NCBI RefSeq assembly: GCF_046119375.1
Contig: NW_027362764.1
Span: 734,142,001-734,206,000, forward strand
Source of the DNA: Phyllobates terribilis
Lineage: Eukaryota
Length of the DNA stretch: 64,000 nt
Reading direction: 5' to 3'
How positions within the stretch are numbered: position 1 is the first letter of the stretch; each line of letters starts with the position of its first letter. Positions 25,517 to 38,928 of the stretch are shown piece by piece. The translations under genes and the position numbers were made by a program. A model generated the notes under the pieces. It was given only the letters and a program-made list of their open reading frames with translations. It was not told where the DNA came from and ran no database searches.

Positions 25517-28500
25517 TTAAGGGCTGAATAGTTTTAAAAGATAAATTTGTACTTTTGTTATTTTTCTCTTCAACACGAGGGACTGAAAAAAGTGTTATGA
25601 GAAGGTGACCCAGGTCACCCACCTACAGCTGTATGTATTGTGGGAGTTGAGATATTGTTTGATACTAGATGTCACTTATCCCTGGCCTAAATATAGTACT
25701 TACAAGGAAAGTCCTTCCACAGACAGAGGCTGGACCTAGTCCTTGTCCCATAGGACTTAATTAGGTTGTATAATGAATGTCATAATGTGCCTATAAAAAT
25801 CTAATCAGGTGCAACTTTATCATCAAGGTGCAAACCCAAATGATGTCGAAGTTTCTCTCAATAAGTCATAGGGATAACAACATTGTCTCAGGTCCACACT
25901 GACAGTCACTAGCAATCTTAAAGGGTCATACTCACTAACTCTAAAGTGCAAAGCTATCAATATCTCTAGAGTATACAACAGTTTCTGGACATTCTCAGAC
26001 TTTATAAATCCTTTCTTACCTATAAGTGATTTTGTTAAGGACTCTAATCTCTCTCCATAGTCAATAAATTATTGTGATATGCTAGAAAAACCCTCGACAG
26101 GCTGCAACTCCCATAACAACCACTGGGTGGCCATATATGGACACATATAGTATAAACATCTCCTGACAGAGTATCACCTATTATTTTTTTTTTCTATTTT
26201 AAGACAGTCATCTCACCACACTCATCATACTTCACGTCAGCTAAGCCTTTGGAAAAAAAAAAAATACTCTACTCTTCCTTTCCTATCCAAAATGTCTCCT
26301 TAAGGAGAACAATAGAGTGAATTCAACAAGTGCAAGATAATTAGAGTTCAACATCTGATGCAACAGTCGAGACAAAGGAAAGCTTTAACACCGGGCTGAT
26401 GTGTTCAATGTTCTAAGTACTTCCATGTATAGCGTTGGCTTGGTAGAAACCATAAGCTGTAACAGCTCCGCACTATTATATAACTATTATCCGACAGAGT
26501 AAACACTACGGCAAGCGCCATTGTTTCTTATAATCGCGAGTTATGAATAATTTGGCTCATTAGGAGAGAAGGTCTGCACTTTTCATATACGCTGCTCGCC
26601 AAAAAAAAATCTGCAAAGTCAAAACAGAACGTCAAAATAACAGAAAACTTTACAGGGTCAGGTTGTTTTAATTCCCTCCAGCAGTGAAGCTTCTGTTGAA
26701 AAAAACAAAACGGCAAAGGAAGAGTAATAAATACTTGGTCCGCTGTATAATGTAAGACCGGTAGACAGAGCACTGAACCCTGCACACAAGTCCCATTGCA
26801 GTTAAAGGCCTATTCTAAATAACAGCTTCCTATATATAACAGACGATTCTGCTCATTCACTTTTTTCCATCTTCAGTATGCTCCAGTTATTATCTGTATG
26901 AATTATCGCCGTTCTCCAGACAGATGCTTTCTCCATATACGGTATTGCCAAGCAGCTGGAAGGATAAAAAATAAAAAAAGACGAGCTCCTTGACACAAGT
27001 GTGCCCTGCCTATTATATTACTGATACATCTCAGGGACACTTAAGTCAAGAACAAGTCAATATTCATGATGTACGTTTTGATCGGTCTTGTCAAATCAAG
27101 ACACCTTCATACTTGCCAAAATGTGGAGTAGCTCTTGCCATGGAGGAACTGGTTTGCCTAGCCAAGCATTAATTTCTCTGGTCAGCTTGTAATACTACAT
27201 TTCTCCTGTAGTGGCCACTGTAGCGTTTATATATTATGAAGCTACACCCACTGATCGCCCTGATCAAGATTAGACAACTCATTTAATGAATAAGTTAACA
27301 TATAAAAGTAATAAAAGTAAAGTATATATATATTTTTTTCTTTTTGAGATCAAAAGGGCTGTTTACACTGTGGCATCTTTGGTGAATTGCGTCCGTACAG
27401 GTTTTACACATTTTTTTTTATTTTTTTAAATGCTATGGCCATATATTAGAAGTCAGTGTTGAGCACACGATTTGTAGGACCCACGTCGTTATCTATGGCC
27501 ACTGGACTGAAGCACTTCATACCTTCTGCTATTTGTGGCATCTGCGGTGCATCTTAGGCGATTCGACATATCCATGATGTTGCTAACACCCACTAATCAG
27601 AAGCGAAGCTGGAGATGCAGGTAGTGAAGGGTTGATAGCATTCTTATCCGGCAGCCACGGTCAACCGATGTGGCTTCTGGACCAAGGTCCTGTGCATCTT
27701 TTTACTGAACTATGTTAGTAAATCATTTTAGCTGAGATACTAGTAGTTGTCCATTCAGTACTTGCGGCCATTTTCGAAAAATTGGCAAAAGGAAGTACAT
27801 TCATACTGGTGGACATCTTTTATTTATATGTTGTTCAAATGTGAGTAACTAATATTGGAACCAGGAGTGTTGATGTGCACAGAAACTGTAGATGTATAAT
27901 ACGTCCAAAACTTATAGCAAACAAATGGTTAAGTGCAGAGTTGTATGCCATCAGCAAACAGATGGTCAATGGCATAAACACTGAAAATGATCACACAAAA
28001 TTGTTAACTATTGGCAGAAGTTATGAAAAAACAAATGAGATACTAGATTGAAAAAAAATTTCAAATTTTTGCAGTGTTTTTTAGCGTGTACAGCAGCAGA
28101 ATAGCAGAGAAAATTTTTTGTTACTCATACAGCAGACAAAAGGTTAACCACAGGTCAGCAATGGTGAATAGGCAACAAGATATTAGTCAGGGAATTCTAA
28201 TCTACCATAAATGTCTAAAACTTGATGTACACACTAGAATTGTGGATTTGTAGCTTCTTATGGGTCCATTACCTATTCCAATGTGCCTCTGATTTTAATG
28301 CAATGCTTCAAGGCGGTAAGAAGACACTGGCGCTATAGGCATATTTCCCAACTTTTCAAAAGTCTACTGTATATCTACTGACAGATTGTAACACATAGTA
28401 CCACCAAATTTCTCAATCCATGCCACCTTTCCAGCAGGAAATTCCCTATTGCCACCCTCAAATGTGGCCTCAGAACTAGGAAAGTGTTGAGGGAGCACAG

Positions 28501-30373
28501 CATTTTCAGGAAACTTCTGCAGCACTTCCAAGAGGTCTCCCCTTTTTCTCTGAGCCTTCTGGACATGTCAATAGAGTTGACAATTAGGCCTATAGTTCCA
28601 GGGACGGACATATTATTGGTGCAAGAGATAAGGGGGGCCATTTTGACCTTCAAAGCAGGTGGAATTGTGCAATATGAGAGCTAGTGGACTGCAAAGGACC
28701 CATATATTCTTCTTCTTGAACAGGGGCTCTTTTCTGTCTGTGTCCGCCAGTGTATTGGTCTGTAATATAACTGTGAGCACAGAGGTCATCGACTCATTGG
28801 AGGATATCCATCTATTTTCTTCTACTTGACCTGCAGTCTCCGCATATAACCATGGAACCCATCATCAACAGATGGGGCAGTAATGTCAGTCCATGCCTCA
28901 TAACTAGTCACAGGTTATTAAACGCCAGGCAAATACAATACGGAATGACAACTTGGCATGTGCCAATCCTGCATAGGGCAACATTAACACTTGAATATTC
29001 ATGATCAATCTGAATGCATGGAAGGATCTCAGGGATGGGACTTCCTATGAAACCAGAACTAGATAAATGAAGTTCCATCTGTTTCATCATTGTGATATTG
29101 TAGAACGATGGAGAGAACCATTTACCATATGGAAGCAATAACCGCCATAAAAGGTCATTAAAAATGATCATTCTGATGTCCGAATACACATTGTATAGCG
29201 ATGACTATGTGCCATGCCCAGAAAACTATTTCTTGCCTCCCATTCGAAAAAAAAAAAAAAAAATGCTTGTTCCACTATCTGTCTATGGGGGAAAATGCAA
29301 AGCAATAGCTCGGAGACTCGGTAGAGTAATATTGTATGGATTAAGGAATTTATGTCATCCGGTGTAAAATGAACCAGATGCCGTCTCACTTGTTTGTCTG
29401 AAGCAATTATACACGGTATGTAAAGCAGTAGTGGCCAGTTACATAGTTCACAAATAACCCCCGCTCTCCACAACGTTTTGGAGGTTAATTATTAAATGGT
29501 TGGAGCTGAAAGAAGTCTACTGCTTCCCCGCGCCAAATTAAGCTACAACTCCCCAATTTCAGCTGTCTGGAAAATCGGTAATGCATATTATTAGCATAGT
29601 GAAGGCTGATTGATTGCATTCATTACCCAGACAGCCTTCATCACACGTGGAATCAATCCATAATGCACATATTGCAATCCATGAATGCACCTAGACAGAC
29701 TGCGCTGAGCCATTCACCTGCTATTACCGTCAGTGCATTCCTCAGACCGTGGAAACTACAGGGGGGAGAAGAATAACAAGCTGGGAATGTTTTCCTTAAC
29801 TCAATTACTCTTTTTTTTTTTTTCTTTTTTCCGGCTACAGTCCGCAGTCTCTCGCGATCCCTGATTAATGAATGGAATGATAGAATAACAGTAAAGACTG
29901 ACACATTCACAGGCACTAAGATGTAATGTAGACATAGAGAGGTAGTAAGCAGCAACATGACAATCACCGCTGTGTGGCTGTTCCATAGGGAAAACATGTG
30001 CTTCCTACGTTATGTCAGTAGTTGTAGCTCGCTAAACCTGGAATGCAGCATGACAAACCCCAAGGGTACAGTGATCGCTGTTATAACATCATCCAGATTA
30101 CTTACCAGGACCCCAATCTCTTGTAGCTTGTGGGATATTAACAAACACAAACGATGAGGCTAGGTGCAGATCACCGTATGTTCCCTCATTCAAGAAAATC
30201 GGGTCGATGATGCAAATCACACTCTGATCTGAGATTGATCACTGTTTGTCCGATTCTCTTGGATGAGGAGAAGATGGAGAAAAAAGAAAATTTCTCTATT
30301 TTCTCCATTCTATCAGTCTATGGAAATTGGACTGCACTCAGATGTCATCCGAGTGCAGTCCAATGGTTTCCAC

Positions 30374-30460
30374 CAGGGCTGTGGAGTCGGTAGGCCAAAC
30401 CTCCGACACAGACTCCTCAATTTCCATGACACCGACTCCAACTCTGACTCCACAGCCCTG
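30374..30460. mobile_element. 87-bp hAT-type MITE nested in an older MITE
   Basis: TIR CAGGGCTGTGGAGTC / GACTCCACAGCCCTG. 8-bp TSD GTTTCCAC / GTTTCTAT. Confidence 0.8.
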
Positions 30461-31139
30461 GTTTCTATGCACTCATTGACTTGCATGGCCAAATGTGATC
30501 AGAACATCAGATGTCCACCAAAAAAAACAGACATGTGAACGGCCCCATGGTGACGGGCACTATCATACTCGTCCGATTATTATGGCTGTCTGCGCGAGCC
30601 CTATCATGGATCTACGCCGGACGGTTTAAGTGTAGGATATAGCATTTACAATAGTGATAACTGCCTGGAATATCATTTTGACCCCAGCGCAAAGTTCTAG
30701 TAATGTCATGAAATTCCTGGTGCCACTTGTGCACCATCGTATCTGGAGATGCCAACAGCTGGAAAGCCACATATTGCTCCCGAGCCACGGATTTAAAGCT
30801 TTAGGGGGTTTTCCAGCTGTAACAAAATATCCTTATATATGTTTAAAAGAGAAATATATACAACTTACTAATAGACCTGAATTATCTCCAGGTCTCCAAA
30901 CATCAGCACCGGTCCCACGTACTGGTAACTCTACTTTCGACAAGAATGAGTATCAACAGTACTGCTCATTTCAAGAGCTAAGCCGGCCTCTTTATCTGTC
31001 ATGGCTGATATGAAGACAGAAAGGGGGGCTGGCCTTGCTACTGAAATTAGTCAGCTCCTTTACACACATCAAATCTACGCCAGAAATGGAGCTGCTGGGG
31101 TCCAGCGACCTCCACAGTGTGCAAAGCAGTCATCAAAGC

Positions 31140-31333
31140 AAAAGGTGGCTACTTTGAAGAACCTAGAATATAAGACCTATTTTCAGTTGTTTCACACTTT
31201 TTTGTTAAGTATATAATTCCACATGTGGTAATTCATAGTTTTGATGTCTTCAGTGTGAATGTACAATTTTCATAGTCATGAAAAAATAGAAAAATCTTTA
31301 AATGAGCAGGTGTGTCCAAACTTTTGGTCTGTA

Positions 31334-31336
<3 letters not shown>
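31140..31336 (+). mobile_element. Tc1 right terminal inverted repeat fragment followed by (TA)n
   Basis: Ends GGTGTGTCCAAACTTTTGGTCTGTACTG|TA, then a TA microsatellite. Reverse-complement homolog at 49436-49590. Confidence 0.75.
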
Positions 31337-31371
<35 letters not shown>

Positions 31372-32924
31372 TTATTTATTATATACGTACATATCTAAAA
31401 AGTATTTTCATTTTAAAGCTAGACAACCCCTTTAGGAGACTAAGCTTTCTTATGATAATCAGGAGAATAGCAGTAGAAGAACACACCAGCATCAAGTAAC
31501 ACTTCTGAAATATCCTAATTCTAAGACAACAGGTGGCAAAACATAATGGATGCCAAAACAAAGAAAATTTACTTACATGGCACATCCAAATATTTGTCTT
31601 CATCGGGTTGAAGAATTACTCCTGGCATAACGGGCAATTCAGTTTTGCCCAGAGTGGTGGACCCTCCTTCCACCCCAGGAATCTTAGTAAAAGTAATAGT
31701 ATCCATCAGATATGATGCCTGCATAAACTAGAACTATCTGAATGGTTTTCCTAATGCAAAATCTAAAGAGTCCACCATGCACTCGAGAGTTTGAACTCAC
31801 AAAATTAAAAGGGAATGCATCAGTAGGATCAGCCCTCCTAAGACGTCTATATGGGCATGTAAGTCATAGGAAGCTGAATAAAATGATACTTTTATTTTAT
31901 TGAGCCGATGTCTTATTTTAGAGAAATCCACATCTCTCCTATCTGTAAATGAGCTGTTAAGATCTATGAGTCGGATATAGATCTCCCCGAGACTCTGCCT
32001 CCAGAGATTATTTTACATGAAATGGGGCATTACCAATGTGATATGTATGGATTAGAATATAAAGACTGCCATTCTTCCAAAACAGGGGCCCAGAATAAAA
32101 AGATAAAATTAGGATGGAATCACACATGCAGTTTTTGCTGCAGTTTTTAGTTCTTGGAGTCAAAACCAGAAGTAGATTCAAAAGGATTTGGAAGTAAAAA
32201 GAAAGGATGTCTAATTCTTGCAGGATCTATTTCTGTCTCTGCATGCAAAAACGTTGTCGAAAATTGCATATGGATTTCCACCCTAATAGAAGAACAATCG
32301 CAAGAAATTCTGTGTTGGTGTGCACAGTGTTAATATAAAACACCTATATGACCTTGGCGTACTTTGTTTGCTCGCTTTGCAGTAAACACCAGCTCCTGCT
32401 CCGGGCTTGTCTGTTGTTCATTCAATCAATCACCTTTCCTCTGCGCTTGTCACTTTGTTCCAGTTATCAATATTAGATAATTCTACCTACTGTGCCAAAG
32501 GAATACATCTATCCCATTGTCTCGGTGATGAATGTCAAGGTTATCAGTATTACAGGCTTAGCCCACACTGTTATGAAGTGATACTACATGACAAAATTAC
32601 ACTCAGGGGTGCCGTAGTAATAGCACGGTGTATCATTTAAGAAAGTGATGCGGCCGGCACAACGTATTATTAAACATATCGGTTTGTGGATATTTAAACT
32701 TAGAAGAGTCCTTGCTACCTCCGAAGAAAATAATAGTAATGCTATAAAGTGGTCCCACATTTATAATTAAAGGGGTCTCCAACAATTGAACAACTAATTC
32801 TCAGTGACCTCTATATATTAAATGAAAATAAATGCAAAAACATTCAATCAGCCAAATCACACCCCCAGTACCCAATGTAAAATGAGAGGGTGCTTCCAAT
32901 ATGCTTCAGTACAAAGTCGCATTA

Positions 32925-33303
32925 GATGATTCAAAGAGTATGGTTCCATGCAGTTATGAGACTTTATTTGGACAACGCGTTTCGGAGTTGATCTAACTCC
33001 TTCACCAGGTACAAAAAAGCAGGGAGCATCCATTAGACTTTTATGATGAGTACTGATGACTTACCAGCACCTTTTACTTATTTATTGTTCACTTTCTGTT
33101 AATTTTTATTATTCTTTCATTTTTTTTCCTACAAGTGTCTTATTGACCATGTGATTTGATTACTATATAATCGCATCCATTATGAAAATCTAATGGATGC
33201 TCCCTGTTTTTGTACCTGATGGAGTTTGATCAAATCCGAAACGCGTTGTCCAAATAAAGTTTTTCTTTTTTAACTGCATGTGACCATACTCTATTGAATC
33301 ATC
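32925..33303. mobile_element. Penelope-like (pLTR-type) fold-back unit with two divergent degenerate hammerhead motifs
   Basis: ~120-bp inverted arms (GATGATTCAAAGAGTATGG... / ...CCATACTCTATTGAATCATC). Each arm contains a hammerhead-like motif followed by AATAAA. Confidence 0.65.
32969..33012 (-). ncRNA. Degenerate minimal type I hammerhead ribozyme motif (A6G)
   Basis: Minus strand reads CUGGUGA-A-GGAGUU-agauc-AACUCC-GAAA-CGCGU-U. Perfect 6-bp stem II and palindromic ACGCGU stem III. The partner at 33212-33251 (+) has CUGAU but lacks GAA. Confidence 0.6.
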
Positions 33304-33490
33304 GGGGGGGGTCCAAGTGAAACAGAATTTGTTGTATTTGTGTTGAAGCATACTCCATATTGGAGCCTGAAATTGTTTAGGTTCAGGGCGTGGAGCAGTA
33401 GCCAGGCTTATTGATTGATTTTTTCAACCACTACTCCAGTACATTTTTTTATTATAGCGCTGGAGTGGTGCAACTAATCAAAAGTCCACT

Positions 33491-34146
33491 TGTCACAATG
33501 TGACGGTATGAAGGGAGAGGGGCGTAAAACGGTCTTGGAGCTGGGACCTTAACTGTCCCTGTCCCAGGGGTACTCCTGATGGTAGAGAGACCTGGGTCTC
33601 GTACCTTGCTTTGCACCCTGTTAAAACCCTAATCTGTCCCCTCCCTCATCTCATGAGGCATGGGACAGAACTGTAAGGGAAACAATACAAAAAGACAGAC
33701 AGGGGGAACTGAAAACCACTATCATACAAAAACAGTCACCAAAAATAGGGAGGAAGATAGGAAAGGGGAGGAACAAACCAAATAGGAATAAGGTCAAGGA
33801 GATAAACACTCAAGAAGCTACTGCACACAGAATACTCCAGCAACTACCCCCAACTCTAACACTACACAGCTCAACACTTCCAAGAAGAAGATTCTTTCAC
33901 TGGCAAGGAAGAAACGCCCAGAGCCAGTATATGTAGGGAGAGGAAATGATATCAATGGCAACTGCAGCTGAGAGCAACAATGCTGTATGTTCCCAGACAG
34001 CATGGAAAGAGTCCTTAACCCTTTCAGCACTAAAGGAAAGGAGATACATTTAAAATAGGACACGAGTCACACCGTCTCCAAAGGGGACATGCGATTCATT
34101 ACCCATTGTGGCCTTCTAACTTCAGGTCTCCCAGGAAGACGTGACA
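33491..34146 (-). mobile_element. Solo LTR, 656 bp, inserted in an older MITE
   Basis: TGTCAC...GTGACA termini. 5-bp flanks CCACT / TCACT (4/5 match). Orientation inferred from base skew only. Confidence 0.6.
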
Positions 34147-35809
34147 TCACTGCCCCTAAAGTTGTACATACTAGACACCATCTTCAGCTCTTCCCGGCGC
34201 CGTGCCACCATATTGTTACCACAACTTCTCACTGACTGGAAGTCAGAGGTAACGGTCACAACCTCTCACTGCAAGTCTATGAGAGTCTCGTTTTGGCCTT
34301 GTTCTGGCTCTCTTAGCCTTATATTGAGTTGTGACTTCGAGATCACCCAGCAAACACTGGAGCGATCCGGCAGGTCACAAACTGCTGGAAACCAACCGGA
34401 GTAGCGCCAAAAAAAAGTTGAAGAAATATAGTGGGTTTTCCTATAGTTCACTTCCACATTGTTTTATGCTTCTGATCCAAAGTATACAGAAGACTTTTTG
34501 GGCTTTCTGACTTTCAGGATGCTTCTTGGAAATGTTGACCACCCACTATATCCAGCTAGGAGTGACGAAGAAGCGAAGAAACAGAAGGATGAAAACATAA
34601 ATTGAAAACTAACAGTAAATAAAGTCGGGCTTATCTTTGCTTTCTACAGGTAGGAAGAAACTGTTTTATTTTTTTTATTTTTTTTTTCATTGCAATAATA
34701 ACTTTAAAAGGGATATTTTAGCAAGTAAACATTTTAAAAAAAATAAAGAAAACAAAATAAAAAATGCAATACTCATCCCAACCATCATCTGCCTCTCCTG
34801 TTTAAACCCTACCAGGTCCTGTACTTCCAGATGGCTTACTAACACAAGGACATGTGACCCCAGCAGCCAATAACAGACTGAAACAAGAGTCTGGCAGGGA
34901 GACTTGCTGCATCAGACAGGAGAGGTAGAAGATCGGTGGGGTGATTATGGCATTTTTTTTTTCTTTAACCCCTTTACCCCCGAGGGTGGTTTGCACGTTA
35001 ATGACCAGGCCAATTTTTACAATTCTGACCACTGTCACTTTATGAGGTAATTACTCTGGAACGCTTCAACGGATCCCCCTGATTCTGAGATTGATTTTTC
35101 GTGACATATTGTACTTCATGATAGTGGTAAAATTTCTTTGATATCACTTGCGTTTATTTGTGAAAAAAATGGAAATTTGGCGAAAATTTCGAAAATTTAG
35201 CAATTTTCAAAATTTTAATTTTTATACCCTTAAATCAGAGAGATATGTCACACAAAATAGTTAATAAATAACACTTTCCACATGTTTACTTTACATCAGC
35301 ACAATTTTGGAACCTAAATTTTTTTTTTTATTAGGGAGCTATAAGGGTTAAAAGTTCACCAGCGATTTCTCATTTTTCCAACAAAATTTACAAAACCATT
35401 TTTTTAGGGACCACATCACATTTGAAGTCACTTTGAGAGGTCTTTATGACAGAAAATACCCAAAAGTGACACCATTCTAAAAACTGCACCCCTCATGGTG
35501 CTCAAAACCATATTCAAGAACTTTATTAACCCTTCAGGTGCTTCACAGGAATTTTTGGATTGTATAAGAAAAAAATGAACATTTAACTTTTTCACAAAAA
35601 TGTTACTTTACACCCAATTTTTTTTTATTTTCGCAGGGGCAACAAGAAAAAATGGACCCCAAAATCTGTTGAGCCATTTCCCCTGGGCACGCAGATACCC
35701 CATATGTGGGGAAAAACCACTGTTTGGGCGGACGGCAGGGCTCGGACGGGAAGGAGCGCCATTTGACTTTTTGATTGTAAAATTTTCTTGAATAATTAGT
35801 GGACACCAT

Positions 35810-36660
35810 GTTGCGTTTAGAGAGCCCCTGTGTGCCTAAACATTGGAGCTCCCCCAAAAGTGACCCCATTTTGGAAACTAGACCCCCCAAGGCACCTATC
35901 TAGATGCATAGTGAGCACTTGGAACCCCCAGGTGCTTCACAAATTAATAAGTAAAAATAAAAAAGTGTTTTTTTTCCCATTTTTTCATTTTTACGAATCA
36001 ATTTGTGAAGCACCTAGGGGTTCCAAGTGCTCACTATACATCTAAATAGGTGCCTTGGAGGGTCTAGTTTCCAAAATGGGGTCACTTGTGGGGGAGCTCC
36101 AATGTTTAGGCACACAGGGGCTCTCCAAACGCGACATGGTGTCCGCTAACAAATTGGAACCATGTCGCGTTTGGAGAGCCCCTGTGTGTCTAAACATTGA
36201 AGCTCCCCCACAAGTGACCCCATTTTGGAAACTAGACCCCCCAAGGCACCTATCTAGATGCATATTGAGCACTTGGAACCCCCAGGTGCTTCACAAATTG
36301 ATTCGTAAAAATGAAAAAGTATTTTTTTTTCCAGTTTTTCATTTTTACAAATCAATTTGTGAAGCACTTGGGGGTTCCAAGTGCTCACTATGCATCTAGA
36401 TAGGTGCCTAGGGGGGTCTAGTTTCCAAAATGGGGTCACTTGTGGGGGAGCTCCAATGTTTAGGCACACAGGGGCTCCCCAAACGTAACATGGTGTCCGC
36501 TAACAATTTGAGCCGATTTTCCATTCAATTTGTTAGCGGACACCATGTCGCGTTTGGAGAGTCCCTGTGTGCCTAAACAGTGGAAACCCCCCACAAGTGA
36601 CCCCATTTTGGAAACTAGACCCCTCAAAGATTTTATCAAGGGGTATAGTGAACATTTTGA
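35810..36660. repeat. Five ~135-bp modules in alternating orientation
   Basis: GTGACCCCATTTTGGAAACTAGACCC in direct orientation (about 35861, 36214, 36597). Its reverse complement GGGTCTAGTTTCCAAAATGGGGTCAC lies between them (about 36060, 36414). Confidence 0.9.
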
Positions 36661-36720
36661 ACCCAGAGGTACGACACAGAATTTGATAACATTAGGTCAT
36701 CATATTGAATAAGTTGTCAT

Positions 36721-37017
36721 TAGTCTTGAGCTCAAGTGCTCGCTACTTGAGTTTGCATCGGGTACTCAGGTATGCACCATGTACTGCATGTGCTCGAGTG
36801 ACATGCTCGAGTCCCTGCCCTGCATGTTTCACCGCTATTAGACACCCCAAAAAAGACATGCAGGGATCGCTCGTGCATGGCAGGCAATCCCCGCAAAGTT
36901 TTTTTGGCCGCGAAGCATAAGGGGCGGAGACTAGAGCATGTCAAAAACCCACGATACTCAATGCATACCAGAGCACCCGATGCAAACTCAAGTAGCGAGC
37001 ACTTGCGCTCAACACTA
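36721..37017. mobile_element. hAT-type MITE nested in the piggyBac-like element
   Basis: TIR TAGTCTTGAGCTCAAGTGCTCGCTACTTGAGTTTGCATCGGG / CCCGATGCAAACTCAAGTAGCGAGCACTTGCGCTCAACACTA. 8-bp flanks match 5/8. Confidence 0.75.
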
Positions 37018-37067
37018 GTCACCATATCGTCATCTTTTTTTCTTACTTTTGAAAAAAATCCCAACCC

Positions 37068-37232
37068 CATCACAACCCTAACCCCAACCCTAACCCCAAC
37101 CCCAGCCCTAACCCTAGCCCAACCCTAACCCTAGCGCAACCCTAACCCTAGCGCAACCCTAACCCTAGCACAACCCTAACCCTAGCACAACCCTAACCCT
37201 AGCACAACCCTAACCCTAGCACAACCCTAACC
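37068..37232. repeat. Telomere-like 17-bp repeat (CAACCCTAACCCTAGCA)n
   Basis: CCCTAA hexamers alternate with CCCTAG. Located inside the piggyBac-like element. Confidence 0.9.
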
Positions 37233-38928
37233 CGAGAGTTTATTTTTTACGCCGTTCCTCGTGAGGTATAAGTGATTAGACAACTTTATGCTTCCGGTCG
37301 GTGCGATTACAGCGATACAAGAATCATATGGGGTTTTTATGATGGACAGCTGTCACACACTAAAAGACGCATTTATTGTAAAATCTAGTTTTTGCATCGC
37401 CATATTTTTCCATATTTTGGCCGACAGAGTCATGTGATGGCTTGTTTTTTGCGGGATGAATTGATGTTTTTATTGGTGCCATTTTCAGGCACGTGACATT
37501 TTTTGATCACTTTCTGATTTTTGGGAGACTGAATAAACAAAAACCAACAATTCAGGAATTGTTTCTTTTTTTTTATTCTACTCCGCGTGTGGTAAACTTG
37601 ATATGGTAGCTTTATTCTTTGGGTCAGTACGTTTACAGCGGTACCATATTTATATCGTTTTTCTATGTTTTGCACTTTTACATAATAAAAGCAATTTTAT
37701 AGAAAAAATTATTTTTTAGCATCGCTTTATTCTGAGAGCTATGACTTTTTTATTTTTCGGCTGATGGAGCTGTATGGCGGCTTGTTTTTTGCGGGACAAG
37801 ATGATGTTTCCAGCGGTACCATTTTTAATTATATTCATCTTTTTGATCGTGTGTTATTCCATTTTTTGTTTGGCGTTATGGTGATAAAGCATTGTTTTTT
37901 GCTTAGTTTTTTTTTTTTTTTTACCGTGTTCACTGAAGGGGTTAACTAGTGGCACAGTTTTATAGGTCAGGTCGTTCCGGACGCGGCGATACCAAATATG
38001 TGTACTTTTATTTTTTTTGGTATTTTTTTCAGAATAATATTTATTGATGGGTACATTATATTTTTATTTTTGGTGGATTATTGTTTTTTATATTCTTACA
38101 ATTTTTTTTTCACTTTATGACAGTTTTTTTACTTTTTTACTTTGTCCCACTATGGGACTTTCACTTTTTTTACTCTGATCGCCTGCATGGCACAGGGATG
38201 GAGCACCATCCCTGTTCCATGCAGGCTGTCAGCGCTGGACAGGGAGAAGATAGTTTGGAAATGCTCTGCGCATGTCCAAAAAATCTTCCTGCTGTCTTGT
38301 GACCCGGATGTTGTCATGACGACATCGGGTCGTCATGGCAACATCCTGGAAGCCGCGGCAGACAGCGCTGGAGGCCGGAAGAGGAGGTGAGTATACGATC
38401 ACCACCCCTTAGCCACCGCAATGCTGCGATCGACTTCGGGGGTTAATGTGCTGGGAGCGGTGCGGGACCACTCCCTGCACATAGCCCCGGGTGTCAGCTG
38501 TGACAATCAGCTGACACCCGGCGGCGATCGCGGCCGCACCGCTCGTGTGCGGGCGAAATCGCCAGGGCGTATTAATACGTATCTGGTCCATAAAGATCAG
38601 GGCACAGATACGTATTAATACGCCCTATGTCGTAAAGGGGTTAAAATATTATGAGCCTTAAGTAAAATAAATAAAATCTTCACAAGACAAGCATTTTAAA
38701 ATTGTTTGAGTGTTACATCGGCAAAGTAATTGAATTTTAACAGGATGGTGACTTGGTGAAAACCACTATTGAGGTTTTTATGAATCGGAAATTTTTCACA
38801 TCTGCTTTGCAGAAAACCAACAAAAAATTCAGTCCTATTTTTTATGGATTTTTTTCAGGGGGAGGGGTTAAAATGAAAAAAAAAAAACATGGTGCTCACC
38901 CATCCTAGGACCTTACCAGACTGCTTAA

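Larger units (their letters stand above)
34969..38640. mobile_element. Non-autonomous piggyBac-like element, 3.67 kb
   Basis: TTAA at 34965-34968 and 38641-38644. Termini CCCCTTTAC / GTAAAGGGG. Internal alternating direct and inverted modules. No transposase ORF. Confidence 0.8.

Noticed and set aside
28480-28820. Possible L1 ORF1 remnant
   Set aside because: Only vague resemblance after assuming several frameshifts. Not supportable without a profile search.
37068-37232. True telomere or chromosome-fusion site
   Set aside because: The repeat is a 17-bp variant unit, unidirectional, and internal to a TTAA-flanked transposon.
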